DNA from: Candidatus Pacearchaeota archaeon
GTDB taxonomy: Archaea > Nanobdellota > Nanobdellia > UBA10117 > JAFCGA01
Assembly: GCA_017608345.1 (NCBI GenBank)
Contig: JAFCGA010000001.1
Span: 33,766 to 97,765 of the forward strand
Direction of reading: 5' to 3'
DNA length: 64,000 bases
Part shown: positions 9,249 through 18,334 of the stretch, in pieces
Numbering within the stretch: the first letter of the stretch is position 1
How the letters are laid out: the number at the start of each line of letters is the position of its first letter
Made by a program: the position numbers and the translations under genes
Notes under the pieces: generated by a model
Seen by the model: only the letters and a program-made list of their open reading frames with translations
Databases searched by the model: none
Told to the model about the DNA's origin: nothing

Positions 9249-9576
9249 CTCCTTCTCTTCGTAAGTATAAGGCTACTACTGTTTTGGTCAGTCCCGGATC
9301 ATCTGGATTAACTAATACCTTGTGTCGGCTAGGAGTATATGAACCAGAGCCAATCTTAATCCAGCCGTCTTCGATTTTGACACCTTGTTCGGCTTGTATG
9401 ATATTGCTTGAATTAATATCGGTATGGTTTAGAATTACTACTCTCTCGCCTTCTACTGTTTTTGTTAGTTCTTCTAATCCGGGCAGTTCTTGTAATTCCC
9501 GCGTCGGAATACTTTCCCCTCGAAGCTTTTCAAGAGCTTTTTCATAGAGTCCGTATAGTTCAGATGCCTTGCTCAT
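9241..9576 (-). CDS. hypothetical protein (111 aa)
   Basis: ORF in the track. Its sequence is more protein-like than the antisense ORF 9284-9547. Confidence 0.45.
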   Translation of the reverse strand: MSKASELYGLYEKALEKLRGESIPTRELQELPGLEELTKTVEGERVVILNHTDINSSNIIQAEQGVKIEDGWIKIGSGSYTPSRHKVLVNPDDPGLTKTVVALYLRREGVS

Positions 9577-9606
9577 AATTAATAGAAGTAAATAGAATTT
9601 AAAAGA

Positions 9607-9774
9607 CTATTCCATCGGCTGATCATCAGAAGTAACAATAACATCCTTGTTGTCTGGCCAGTCGACTTTAATCACACGCACACATTTCTTGCAGATACCA
9701 ATATGATATCCTTTTTCTTTTACTTTAGCTTTATACTCGCAAAGCATGCATTCAAAGTTCGGTTTGACTGCCAT
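9607..9774 (-). CDS. small zinc-ribbon-like protein (55 aa)
   Basis: My translation is MAVKPNFECMLCEYKAKVKEKGYHIGICKKCVRVIKVDWPDNKDVIVTSDDQPME, with CxxC...CxxC. It falls below the size cut-off of the ORF track. Confidence 0.4.
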   Translation of the reverse strand: MAVKPNFECMLCEYKAKVKEKGYHIGICKKCVRVIKVDWPDNKDVIVTSDDQPME

Positions 9775-9883
9775 GCTAATATACACTCCGAAATTCTTTT
9801 TATTGTTTTGTTCGATGAATCACAACAAACTTTAAAAGCAAAATCATCCGGCGGGAGTTAAGTTTTTAAGTATTTTGGTCTGT

Positions 9884-10198
9884 TTACTCGAGACTATAAC
9901 TAATTAATCGTTTATTTGTTTGTGGTGTTAAATTATACTTTAACTTGCTCTCTAATCCGGAGTTAGAGATACTAATGGAGTAATTAGGACTGTGAATCGT
10001 GTAACGGGTATTAAATTGTTCTCGGTCTGTAGCGTAGCTTCTAAAATTAATAGTATTATTTTGCGCTAGCTCACCATCTTGTATTGCATTGATGTATGTC
10101 TCTAACGCGCTAGCAGGAATGGAGTATGAGCCAGATCCACCATAATTATTTTTAGAAGTGTCTTTGTATTTTGGCGTATTAGAAATAAGCGCTGCCAT
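9884..10198 (-). CDS. hypothetical protein (104 aa)
   Basis: ORF in the track, immediately downstream of tfb on the same strand. Confidence 0.4.
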   Translation of the reverse strand: MAALISNTPKYKDTSKNNYGGSGSYSIPASALETYINAIQDGELAQNNTINFRSYATDREQFNTRYTIHSPNYSISISNSGLESKLKYNLTPQTNKRLISYSLE

Positions 10199-10207
10199 TG
10201 CGAGTAT

Positions 10208-11161
10208 TTACTCTTTATCAACTTTCTTTTCTTTCTCTTTTTTAGCTGCTTCAATCATCGTATCTAAGTTTAGTTTCTCGATGATTTCTTTGTATCTGTT
10301 TCGAATTGTGACTTCAGTTACACTTACAACATCTGCTATTTCTCTCTGCGTTCTTTTCTCACCAGAAATCAAAGATGCTACATAAAGTGCAGCTGCAGCA
10401 AGTCCGGTTGGACCTCTGCCAGAAGTTAGCTCTTCTGCTTCGGCTTTCTTAAGGATTTCAATGGCTTTAGTTTGAGTCTCAGCTGAGAAGTTCAGTTTGC
10501 TAGCAAATTTTGGAATATAATCAATTGGCCCGCTCGGAAGCATTTTGATGCTTAGTTCCCGTGCAATAAATCGATATGTCTTACCAACGTCGCGTTTATT
10601 TGTGTTTGTTAATTCTGTAACTTCATTTAGCGATCTTGGAAGATTGAATAATCGTGCAGCAATATAAATTGCGCCTACGACTACAGATTCCATGCTTCGA
10701 CCCCTTACAAGACCTTTTGTGACAGCTAATCTATATATTCTAGCTGCTTCTTCCTCAACATCTGGAGGAATGTTCAAAAGTGAGGAAACTCTTCGCAGCT
10801 CAACCAGAGCATACTTTAAATTTCGCTCTAAAGATGTAACAGATCTTTGCTGCCATTTTCTCAGGCGCATGAATTTTCGTCTTTGAGCTCCACCGAGCTT
10901 GTAAACTTCAGAACTTGTACCGACTTCAGTGCCAGTACCCATATCAAATTTTGCAAAACTTGTTGGTGAGCCAGCCCTTCGCTGTTGTTGGCCTTCACCT
11001 GAGCCGAATTCCCGCCATTCCTGACCGAAATCAACCATGCTTTCATCAAGCACTAGTCCGCAGCTCTTGCAAATAACCTCACCTTGTGATTCGTCAATTA
11101 CAAGATTAATACTACTGCATTCAGGACATTTTTTGATCATTGAGCTTTTAGCTATAGCCAT
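10208..11161 (-). CDS. tfb: transcription initiation factor IIB (TFB)
   Basis: N-terminal zinc ribbon CPECSSINLVIDESQGEVICKSCG followed by two cyclin-fold repeats; the 317-aa length is typical. Confidence 0.95.
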   Translation of the reverse strand: MAIAKSSMIKKCPECSSINLVIDESQGEVICKSCGLVLDESMVDFGQEWREFGSGEGQQQRRAGSPTSFAKFDMGTGTEVGTSSEVYKLGGAQRRKFMRLRKWQQRSVTSLERNLKYALVELRRVSSLLNIPPDVEEEAARIYRLAVTKGLVRGRSMESVVVGAIYIAARLFNLPRSLNEVTELTNTNKRDVGKTYRFIARELSIKMLPSGPIDYIPKFASKLNFSAETQTKAIEILKKAEAEELTSGRGPTGLAAAALYVASLISGEKRTQREIADVVSVTEVTIRNRYKEIIEKLNLDTMIEAAKKEKEKKVDKE

Positions 11162-11302
11162 CTTATTGATCCTTCTAAGAGTACAGTCTTTACAGATACT
11201 CTTTTTGTGGTTCTACCGCGGGGGTATAAACAACTTTTATAAAAGGTGCGAGGCGCGCTTTATAAACCTTGTGATTAAGGTTAAAATTAGCAGAGGATAA
11301 AC

Positions 11303-11310
11303 TATTTAAA
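11303..11310 (+). promoter_or_regulatory. TATA-box-like element for rps6e
   Basis: TATTTAAA lies 22-29 nt upstream of the ATG at 11332, a spacing that fits a leaderless or short-leader archaeal mRNA. Confidence 0.4.
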
Positions 11311-11331
11311 CCCTTTATTATTGATAAGAAT

Positions 11332-11901
11332 ATGGAATTCAAACTTGCGATAGGCGATCCGGCTAGCAAAAGAACATACAAAGCAGAGCTGAAAGGCTCA
11401 GATGCTGAGAAACTGGCTGGAAAGAAGATTGGAGAAAGCTTCAAAGGTGAGTTGCTGGGATTGGGTGGCTATGAGCTGCAAATCACTGGCGGCAGCGATA
11501 ATGCTGGCTTTCCGATGCGGAGGGATGTAACTGGTCCCACTAGAAGAAAGATTATTCTATCAAGCGGAGTTGGCTTTAATAGCAAGCGCAACGGTCTAAG
11601 ACGAAGAAAGTCTATTCGCGGTAATACTATTTCTGTAGATATTGTTCAGGTTAATTGCAAGGTCGTTAAGGCTGGCAAGAAGACTCTTGCTGATGCTTTT
11701 GGGATTGTGCCTAAGGAAGCTGAAAAGAAAGAAGGGGAAGCTGCTGAAGCTCCAAAACAAGAAGCAAAGCCAGAAGCTAAGATAGAAGAGAAGCCTATAG
11801 CGGATAAGAAGGAAGAAGCTCCAAAAGTAGAAGAGAAACCAGTAGAGCAGCCGAAGGCTGAGGAAAAGAAAGAGAAACCGGCTGAAGCGAAGAAAGAATA
11901 A
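11332..11901 (+). CDS. rps6e: 30S ribosomal protein S6e with a Lys/Glu/Pro-rich C-terminal extension
   Basis: MEFKLAIGDPASKRTYKAEL...GYELQITGGSDNAGFPMRRDV is the S6e core. The tail is KEAEKKEGEAAEAPKQEAKPEAK... Confidence 0.9.
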   Translation: MEFKLAIGDPASKRTYKAELKGSDAEKLAGKKIGESFKGELLGLGGYELQITGGSDNAGFPMRRDVTGPTRRKIILSSGVGFNSKRNGLRRRKSIRGNTISVDIVQVNCKVVKAGKKTLADAFGIVPKEAEKKEGEAAEAPKQEAKPEAKIEEKPIADKKEEAPKVEEKPVEQPKAEEKKEKPAEAKKE

Positions 11902-11912
11902 TTCTAATAAGA

Positions 11913-12611
11913 ATGCTAACTTCTGAAGAGGAAATATATTCGAGATATCTTAATGGGAGATATCGCTGGCTCACGACTGATGCATCACCATATCTTCTTG
12001 AAAATACTACCTTACCGGATGATGTAGCACGGACTGAGTTCTATCCAAAAGAATGGAAAGACTCCTTTGGATTATTAAGTGCCTTACGGGCAAGAGATAT
12101 ACCTTCTATTATTCAAATATCCCTTCGTAAGTTAGATTTACGCGGATATGATCCACGATCAATTAAAGCGTCAGGTATACTTGAGCTAGACTCGATAATG
12201 GCTGAGGAAGAGGACTGGTTCTCTGAGCAGTATGGACTATTTAGTTCTCAAGAAGAACTTTTAATAGATGATCAATTACATGCAGCCATACTTCAATATC
12301 AAGCAAGGGATCGTTTTTGTCCCGTCGGATATGTTCAAACTATGTTCTATGCTGATCCAGAAGCACTTATCGTAGCATATGGAAATGAAGGAATAAAAGT
12401 ATTACCAAAAGAGGAAACAACTGCTATCCTTGAGAGGGGGAGAAGAACTCGCGAGGCTCTTCAGTCGGGAAATCCACACGCAATAGCAGAATTATTTATT
12501 GGTTGTATTGAAGAAGCTAATAGAATAACAAATGGTAAGCTAGATTTGCCTGAAGATGCTAAGAAAGAATTATCACAGGTATTCGCGGATTGTGTAGAAA
12601 TTAGGGATTAA
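11913..12611 (+). CDS. hypothetical protein (232 aa)
   Basis: ORF in the track. No motif recognised. Confidence 0.5.
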   Translation: MLTSEEEIYSRYLNGRYRWLTTDASPYLLENTTLPDDVARTEFYPKEWKDSFGLLSALRARDIPSIIQISLRKLDLRGYDPRSIKASGILELDSIMAEEEDWFSEQYGLFSSQEELLIDDQLHAAILQYQARDRFCPVGYVQTMFYADPEALIVAYGNEGIKVLPKEETTAILERGRRTREALQSGNPHAIAELFIGCIEEANRITNGKLDLPEDAKKELSQVFADCVEIRD

Positions 12612-14371
12612 ATCCCCCAAGTACTTCTCTCTTTCCTTTTAATCTCCGCTAGCTCCTTAAGAATCTCAACATCAGACTTCTTCAAGTGCTTTCTAGCTCG
12701 TCCTTTCAGCAACCGATAGCTAGCTTCTGATTGATCAACATAGAGAATATCATCTCCGTCTACCTGTCTGCCGATTGTCAAGCCCGGTACGGAAATTGCT
12801 GCCTGCTGATTCATTTTAAGCTCTTCGAGTTTCTTGCCTTGGTCCTCAAGAGTCTTAACTGCTCCAACTATTACTCCTTCTTCGGTCATCAACTTAACGC
12901 CGGGCTTTAATTTCCCAGCGATTACTTCTACGCCAAAGACTGCGGGATTGCATTGCCTAAAGATATATTGAGATAAGATTCGAATTTTAGCTGGCCAGAT
13001 CAAGCCCTGAAGCTGTTCGATTTCTAGCCGCTTAGCTATCTTTTCTAGCTCCTTTTCATACTTCTCGACTAGTTTATAGATAACTGGCTCGCTCAAAATA
13101 ATAACTTTAGATTTTTCAGCGTCTTTTTGAACACTTGAACTAGCCTTTACGTTAAAACCCAGAACAAAAGCTTTCAGCGGCTCATTTGCAGCTGCGGCAG
13201 CGACGTCGTTTTTATTGATATTTCCGATCGCAGCTCGCTTTATTGGGATTTCTTTTTGCTTAAATAGATTAGACGCAGCTTCTAATGAACCAAGAGTGTC
13301 TGCTTTTAATATAACTCCCTCCTCTTGAGTTTCGATCAGAACCTCTGAGATTTCCTTAGCAATTTCTTCTTTTGCAGTTTTTATTTGCTTTTCATTGCGC
13401 GCAGAAGCAAATGGCGCCCCGGCAATAGCGTCCTTCAAATTAGGAGCTATAATTTTTATGCCTGTGGCAGCTACAACTTCCTTGACATTCTTGAATCTGC
13501 TCTTCTTATCACGAATTTCAGCTAGCGGAAGCGGTTTTAGCAGGGATCTGATTTTGGTCTCAACTAATCGGTCGATTCCACCAACGATTATCGTATCATC
13601 CTCAGTTAGCGAACCGTCGTAAATTATCACGTCAGCTGTCGTACCCATCCCCTTTTCTTCTTTGATTTCAAGGATTGTTCCCTTCGCAGGCTTTTTTGGA
13701 TCGATCTCTAGCCGCTTGCTTAAGAATCTTTGAGAAAGCCCTGTTGCTAGAGCTAGCAGTTCAGCTACACCTTCGCCAGTCTTAGCTGAAATTGGGACTA
13801 CGGCTACTGATTTAGAATAATCTTGAATGTTCGTATAGAGATCTACAGTGAATCCGAGCTCAGAGACATCTCCGATTAGTTTATAGAAGCGCTTTTCGTA
13901 ATTCTCTTTCACAGAAGGGATTTGCTTTTCGATATTTTTAATGAATAGCTTGTTGTGGAGCTTCCATCCTGTGACCACGTCTAGCTTATTCGCGGCGAGA
14001 ATAAATGGAACCTTGAATGTTTTTAGAATATCAATAGCTTCTTTTGTTTGCGGCTGCACTCCTTGGTTGATATCAACTACTAGGATAGCTAGGTCTGCTA
14101 TGCTCCCTCCGCGCTTTCTCAAGTTGGCGAAAGCCTCATGCCCAGGAGTATCTACAAATAATAGCCCAGGTATGGTAAATTTAAGATTCGTGAACATTAA
14201 ATCACCGCAGACTTTGCGAACTGTGTCTAGCGGAATCTCAGTAGCTCCAATATGCTGCGTAATTAAGCCAGCTTCCCTCTGAGCTAGCGTTGTTCCCCTA
14301 ATCCAGTCTAGCAACGTAGTTTTTCCATGATCTACATGACCTAAGACTGTGATTATTGGTTGGCGGATCAT
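12608..14371 (-). CDS. infB: translation initiation factor aIF5B (IF-2 family GTPase)
   Basis: PIITVLGHVDHGKTTLLD, DTPGHEAF and ANKLD (G1, G3, G4 motifs); the 587-aa length is typical of archaeal aIF5B. Confidence 0.95.
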   Translation of the reverse strand: MIRQPIITVLGHVDHGKTTLLDWIRGTTLAQREAGLITQHIGATEIPLDTVRKVCGDLMFTNLKFTIPGLLFVDTPGHEAFANLRKRGGSIADLAILVVDINQGVQPQTKEAIDILKTFKVPFILAANKLDVVTGWKLHNKLFIKNIEKQIPSVKENYEKRFYKLIGDVSELGFTVDLYTNIQDYSKSVAVVPISAKTGEGVAELLALATGLSQRFLSKRLEIDPKKPAKGTILEIKEEKGMGTTADVIIYDGSLTEDDTIIVGGIDRLVETKIRSLLKPLPLAEIRDKKSRFKNVKEVVAATGIKIIAPNLKDAIAGAPFASARNEKQIKTAKEEIAKEISEVLIETQEEGVILKADTLGSLEAASNLFKQKEIPIKRAAIGNINKNDVAAAAANEPLKAFVLGFNVKASSSVQKDAEKSKVIILSEPVIYKLVEKYEKELEKIAKRLEIEQLQGLIWPAKIRILSQYIFRQCNPAVFGVEVIAGKLKPGVKLMTEEGVIVGAVKTLEDQGKKLEELKMNQQAAISVPGLTIGRQVDGDDILYVDQSEASYRLLKGRARKHLKKSDVEILKELAEIKRKERSTWGI

Positions 14372-14390
14372 AAAATAAGTTAGAAGTTAT

Positions 14391-14411
14391 GATTTTTAAA
14401 AGTTCGTATAT
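14391..14411 (-). promoter_or_regulatory. promoter module (TATA TTTAAAAAT on the minus strand) for infB; copy 1 of a perfect 21-bp direct repeat
   Basis: GATTTTTAAAAGTTCGTATAT is identical to 15084-15104. It lies 20-40 nt upstream of the infB ATG at 14371. Confidence 0.55.
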
Positions 14412-15065
14412 TTAGAAGACTACTGCTGCAGCGTCTTGTTCAGTGATTTTCTCGTGGATAGCTGCTATATTATATAGCTTAGCAAAACTTTCTATTATTT
14501 CTACTTGTTTATAACGTAGTTTCGGAACAATAATTTGGTATGTATTATCTGCTATTTTTGAAAGAGCTATTTCAACTCCATTATCCCAGTCTCCTTCCCA
14601 TACTCCGACTCTGCCATCGCGATGCAAAGTAACTGTGCTTAGTCCATTATCTAGAATAATTCTCTCTCCGTTTTCTTTATCAGTACGGTGCTGAATTTCG
14701 TAGACCTTAATCTCCAAATCTAACGTCTCCTTGCTCAGGGAATATTTGCGTAAATCCCGCGTTCCGGTTGCTCCGCATGGAACTACAAAACCAACTCTTT
14801 CAGGTGCTATTTCATTATGATAATCTAATAGTATATTAAATTCCTCCTTAGTTATCTCTGCTAATCGCGGTAAGTGATATATAGCATAACCTCCCCAAGT
14901 GTTCATGTCGATCTTGCTACTACCGTCCATATTTCTCCAAGTAGCGTAATCAGTCGCCGTAGGCATGCTATGTAGAATATCTCCAACTTCCTTCGATTCT
15001 TCCTTGCGGAATATGGCTTCTAAGGTTGTAGAAATACGCGAATCTTTGATTAGTTTAATCTCCAT
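14412..15065 (-). CDS. hypothetical protein (217 aa), ORFan cassette gene 3
   Basis: ORF in the track. No motif recognised. Confidence 0.6.
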   Translation of the reverse strand: MEIKLIKDSRISTTLEAIFRKEESKEVGDILHSMPTATDYATWRNMDGSSKIDMNTWGGYAIYHLPRLAEITKEEFNILLDYHNEIAPERVGFVVPCGATGTRDLRKYSLSKETLDLEIKVYEIQHRTDKENGERIILDNGLSTVTLHRDGRVGVWEGDWDNGVEIALSKIADNTYQIIVPKLRYKQVEIIESFAKLYNIAAIHEKITEQDAAAVVF

Positions 15066-15083
15066 GCTGTTGCTTAAGCATTA

Positions 15084-15104
15084 AGATTTTTAAAAGTTCG
15101 TATA
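15084..15104 (-). promoter_or_regulatory. promoter module, copy 2 of the 21-bp direct repeat, upstream of the 217-aa gene
   Basis: Identical 21-mer, 19-39 nt upstream of the ATG at 15065. Confidence 0.55.
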
Positions 15105-15116
15105 TCTAAGGATTAG

Positions 15117-16763
15117 CTACTTGCTACTAAAAGCGGTAGTAGTAGAATAATCATCTCTCATTTCGTCTAAAGCAGCTCTTCCTGCTGCGGTTATCCACCA
15201 GATGACTTTGCCGCCGTATTCTCCGCCAGAGTTGCTGAACATCAACTTATACACATATCCGCGGTTTAGCAAGCTATTTTCTCTTTCTTGTAATACATTA
15301 TTGACTTTAATTCCTAATTTTAATTGTGCTGTTATGAATTCTTTGTCGACTGCAAGTAACTGACCATCAACAAGATCATCAAGCATATCTCCCCAAGGTG
15401 CAGAATAGGTATGGTCTTTTCTATTAGTTTCCTGAGAACCGCCTATGCCGTATTTCTTAATCTCTACTTCGTAAGTCGTACGTAAGCCTCCGCCAGGGGT
15501 TAGAGCCTCCTTCTTCAATTCAGGATCTTCTCGCCAGCCTTCTCCGAGCTTTCCATTCCAAATTGCTTCTTGCTCCTTGTAAGTTTTCTCTAAATTGTAT
15601 AATGCACTGAGAACTTCAACATCATATTTTTGATGGAGCCAGTTGGAGTCATCCATTTCATTGAATATTTTGGATTCTAATTTATCTATCTCATATTGAG
15701 GTATTCCTAAGCTATCCGAAACATCATGATAAGTTCGTCTTAGTGCAGCCATTGCTGCGGATACTTTAGCTTTCGTCGAATGTATAAATGTCGGATGCTT
15801 TTTGAAGCCAGTATATTTAGTAAATCTCGCATATCTGGTTTTAGCAGTGGCTATCTCTTTCATAGCCAGGTTATTCTCTAATCCGATCCGAGTTATTATC
15901 TGATTAACAGATTTTCCAGGAATCCAGTCTTGGATTGGCATGAGGGATGCATTAGCAGCGTCAACTAGTTCATGCGCTTCTACGAGCTCCTGCTCCAATT
16001 CGCGTAAATTATATGTGCTATTCTTATGCTTTGCTAATGCGAAGAATTTCTTCTTTAGTCCTTCAACGCCCGTCTTCGCCAGAATAGTGGGATAGTCCGC
16101 AATGAACTTATCTAGATAAATTAGCATAGAGATTTTCGGATCATGCGAGTAGACTCTTAACTCTTCAGCTAGATCCGAAGGATCTGAATTGTTGTCTCTA
16201 AAATCTCTACAAGCTAGGCGGATTTCGCTAAATTCCTTTTCTGATTTAATTTTCCAAGACTTTGTGTCATGGTAGAGAGCTGCAAAAATATCATTGCTAG
16301 GAGTAGCATCTAATTTAGCACATTCTGCGCAATATTTCATTACAATTTCATTCAGTTCTAAACCGGTGCTATTTACAGCAACATCGAAAAGATGTTTTAC
16401 TGTACCGATCGGTATTATTCTCTCATCCTTTATTGAATCTTGCCAAGAGTGGCGTAAATTAGGGTTGTTTCTAATCTCACTTTGAGGCAATACATAGAAC
16501 GTTCCTAATAAATCGCTAATTTGCATATGCATATTTCGTAGGCGATCAATGTTACCATATATATCATCAAATATTGCTTCGCCTTCGAGATCCTGCCTTC
16601 TTTTTTTCCAGTTATGCAATTCGGGATAATAATATGTTCCTCGTCCGTAACCGCTTTCTTCTCTGCGAGCTTTAATGATGTTAGCTAAAGGTTTAATTCT
16701 ATTCTTGATTAGCGATTCTAGATTCTTTCTTGCTTTATGTGGAGTTAAAATATTCTTTGTCAT
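15117..16763 (-). CDS. hypothetical protein (548 aa; 558 aa if the start is at 16793), ORFan cassette gene 2
   Basis: ORF in the track. The ATG at 16763 sits 1 nt after the stop of the upstream gene (16765-16767), which favours this start. Confidence 0.65.
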   Translation of the reverse strand: MTKNILTPHKARKNLESLIKNRIKPLANIIKARREESGYGRGTYYYPELHNWKKRRQDLEGEAIFDDIYGNIDRLRNMHMQISDLLGTFYVLPQSEIRNNPNLRHSWQDSIKDERIIPIGTVKHLFDVAVNSTGLELNEIVMKYCAECAKLDATPSNDIFAALYHDTKSWKIKSEKEFSEIRLACRDFRDNNSDPSDLAEELRVYSHDPKISMLIYLDKFIADYPTILAKTGVEGLKKKFFALAKHKNSTYNLRELEQELVEAHELVDAANASLMPIQDWIPGKSVNQIITRIGLENNLAMKEIATAKTRYARFTKYTGFKKHPTFIHSTKAKVSAAMAALRRTYHDVSDSLGIPQYEIDKLESKIFNEMDDSNWLHQKYDVEVLSALYNLEKTYKEQEAIWNGKLGEGWREDPELKKEALTPGGGLRTTYEVEIKKYGIGGSQETNRKDHTYSAPWGDMLDDLVDGQLLAVDKEFITAQLKLGIKVNNVLQERENSLLNRGYVYKLMFSNSGGEYGGKVIWWITAAGRAALDEMRDDYSTTTAFSSK

Positions 16764-16764
16764 T

Positions 16765-18141
16765 TTACATCCTCGATAAATACTGCTCGCCATTATATTC
16801 TATTACGAACGTTCCCCAATTAGTATTATCTATCTCAAAATCTCGAGTTATGTCTGCATACCCTCCAACCCTTCGCTCCAGAAGCTTGACTTTTTTTCTC
16901 ATTGTTAATATAATATCCTTAGCTAAGTAATCCTCAGAAATTAGTTTTCCGGTAAGCACTCCGCTCTCGAATCTGAAAGGCTCTTGCCATTTATGCTGAA
17001 GTATATCAACAAGCCAGAGCCCTTTATCATCTCGTGTTAAAACTGAAGTTTCTGTACGCTTTACTTTGATATCTTTATCAACTAGCGCGGTTTGGTACAT
17101 ATTATTAATATCTGTAGGTATTAGCTTGAGCTGATAAGTGTCTTCAGTGATCTTCTTATTAGAAACAAACACGATTTTTTTATCGAATAAATAATGGTGT
17201 GCTTTTTCTGGGTCTTCATCCACCGTCTTGAATCCCTTATTCAACTCGGTATTAATCAAATCTTCGCCATCTTTTTTTGTTAGTTTCTTATCTGACTTGT
17301 CTAATATAGTACTTACTTTCGGCTGAGCTCGAATGAAAAGTGCTTCACTGTCTAATTGAATGAAATGCCGCTTCTTAATATTTTCAATTGGCCATTTATG
17401 ACCATAGCTATATGGTCTGAACTCAGTCATACCCGCATCACCCATAAGGCTTTCTTCATAATAGTTATCTACATGAAATAAGCAGAAATGAGATCCAAGA
17501 TATTTACCTACAATTCCATTCTGTAATTCGATTCTATCCCCAATGCTTACATCTCTTAAACCTACTTTTTTATGAATTCGTTTTGTATCTTTCATAGCTT
17601 CAAGATATGGCTCAGAGTTCTCAGGTAATAGCACAAGTCTGCTTCCTTTGCTTTTATCCCAAGCCCACACGCATTTTCCCTGAATCTCGCCATGATCGAT
17701 AATGCAGTACTCCATAATTTTAGCCATATTTCCTGATTGAATCTCTAATTCAAAACCGCGAGGATCCTCGATCCGCCAGACAACGTTACCGCCATTCCAG
17801 CTGCTAGTTCTTTTAACTTCTCGGGACATTTTGAATCCGGACTGAAGAGGATTGTCCATGATTTTAGCTTCAAGGTCTGGAAGCGGTACTTCTATTCTCC
17901 CACGCTCAAATTTCTCCAAGTGCTCACTCCATCTCGAATCGCCTTCATGGATTTGTTCTAAGTAGTACGGCTTCGCCCAACTATCTATTGTCCCCTTCCG
18001 CTGTTCAAATGCTTTATTTTCTTCATAATAAGTCATAAATCCCAGAATAATCCTCTCTTTCTCATCTCTAGGTGCGTTCCAATCTCCCGTAAGACGCTCC
18101 TGGAATCCAATATATGCTTGCTTAGGTACTATTATAGCCAT
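16765..18141 (-). CDS. hypothetical protein (458 aa), ORFan cassette gene 1
   Basis: ORF in the track. No Walker, HxH or nuclease motif recognised. Confidence 0.65.
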   Translation of the reverse strand: MAIIVPKQAYIGFQERLTGDWNAPRDEKERIILGFMTYYEENKAFEQRKGTIDSWAKPYYLEQIHEGDSRWSEHLEKFERGRIEVPLPDLEAKIMDNPLQSGFKMSREVKRTSSWNGGNVVWRIEDPRGFELEIQSGNMAKIMEYCIIDHGEIQGKCVWAWDKSKGSRLVLLPENSEPYLEAMKDTKRIHKKVGLRDVSIGDRIELQNGIVGKYLGSHFCLFHVDNYYEESLMGDAGMTEFRPYSYGHKWPIENIKKRHFIQLDSEALFIRAQPKVSTILDKSDKKLTKKDGEDLINTELNKGFKTVDEDPEKAHHYLFDKKIVFVSNKKITEDTYQLKLIPTDINNMYQTALVDKDIKVKRTETSVLTRDDKGLWLVDILQHKWQEPFRFESGVLTGKLISEDYLAKDIILTMRKKVKLLERRVGGYADITRDFEIDNTNWGTFVIEYNGEQYLSRM

Positions 18142-18166
18142 TCTTAAAGTATCGATTAAGGAAAAC

Positions 18167-18174
18167 CTTTTAAA
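18167..18174 (-). promoter_or_regulatory. TATA-box-like element for the ORFan cassette
   Basis: The minus strand reads CTTTAAAAGG, 26-33 nt upstream of the ATG at 18141. Confidence 0.4.
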
Positions 18175-18287
18175 GACTGTTTTTACCTATATTTTGTTAA
18201 CTGCTTAGGCAGCAGATGTCGAGTGACATCGAACATTGCGAAAGTGATGGGTTCTAAGCAGTTTCAATTTCGCAGAAATTGGAACCC

Positions 18288-18320
18288 CGCGAAAACGCCT
18301 CAAAAGGCTGACTTTTCGCG
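18288..18320 (+). promoter_or_regulatory. stable stem-loop in the L1 operon leader (candidate autoregulatory site)
   Basis: CGCGAAAA pairs with TTTTCGCG and encloses GCCT-CAAA-AGGC. The structure ends 14 nt before the rpl1 ATG. Confidence 0.3.
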
Positions 18321-18334
18321 TTGGTATTACTGAA

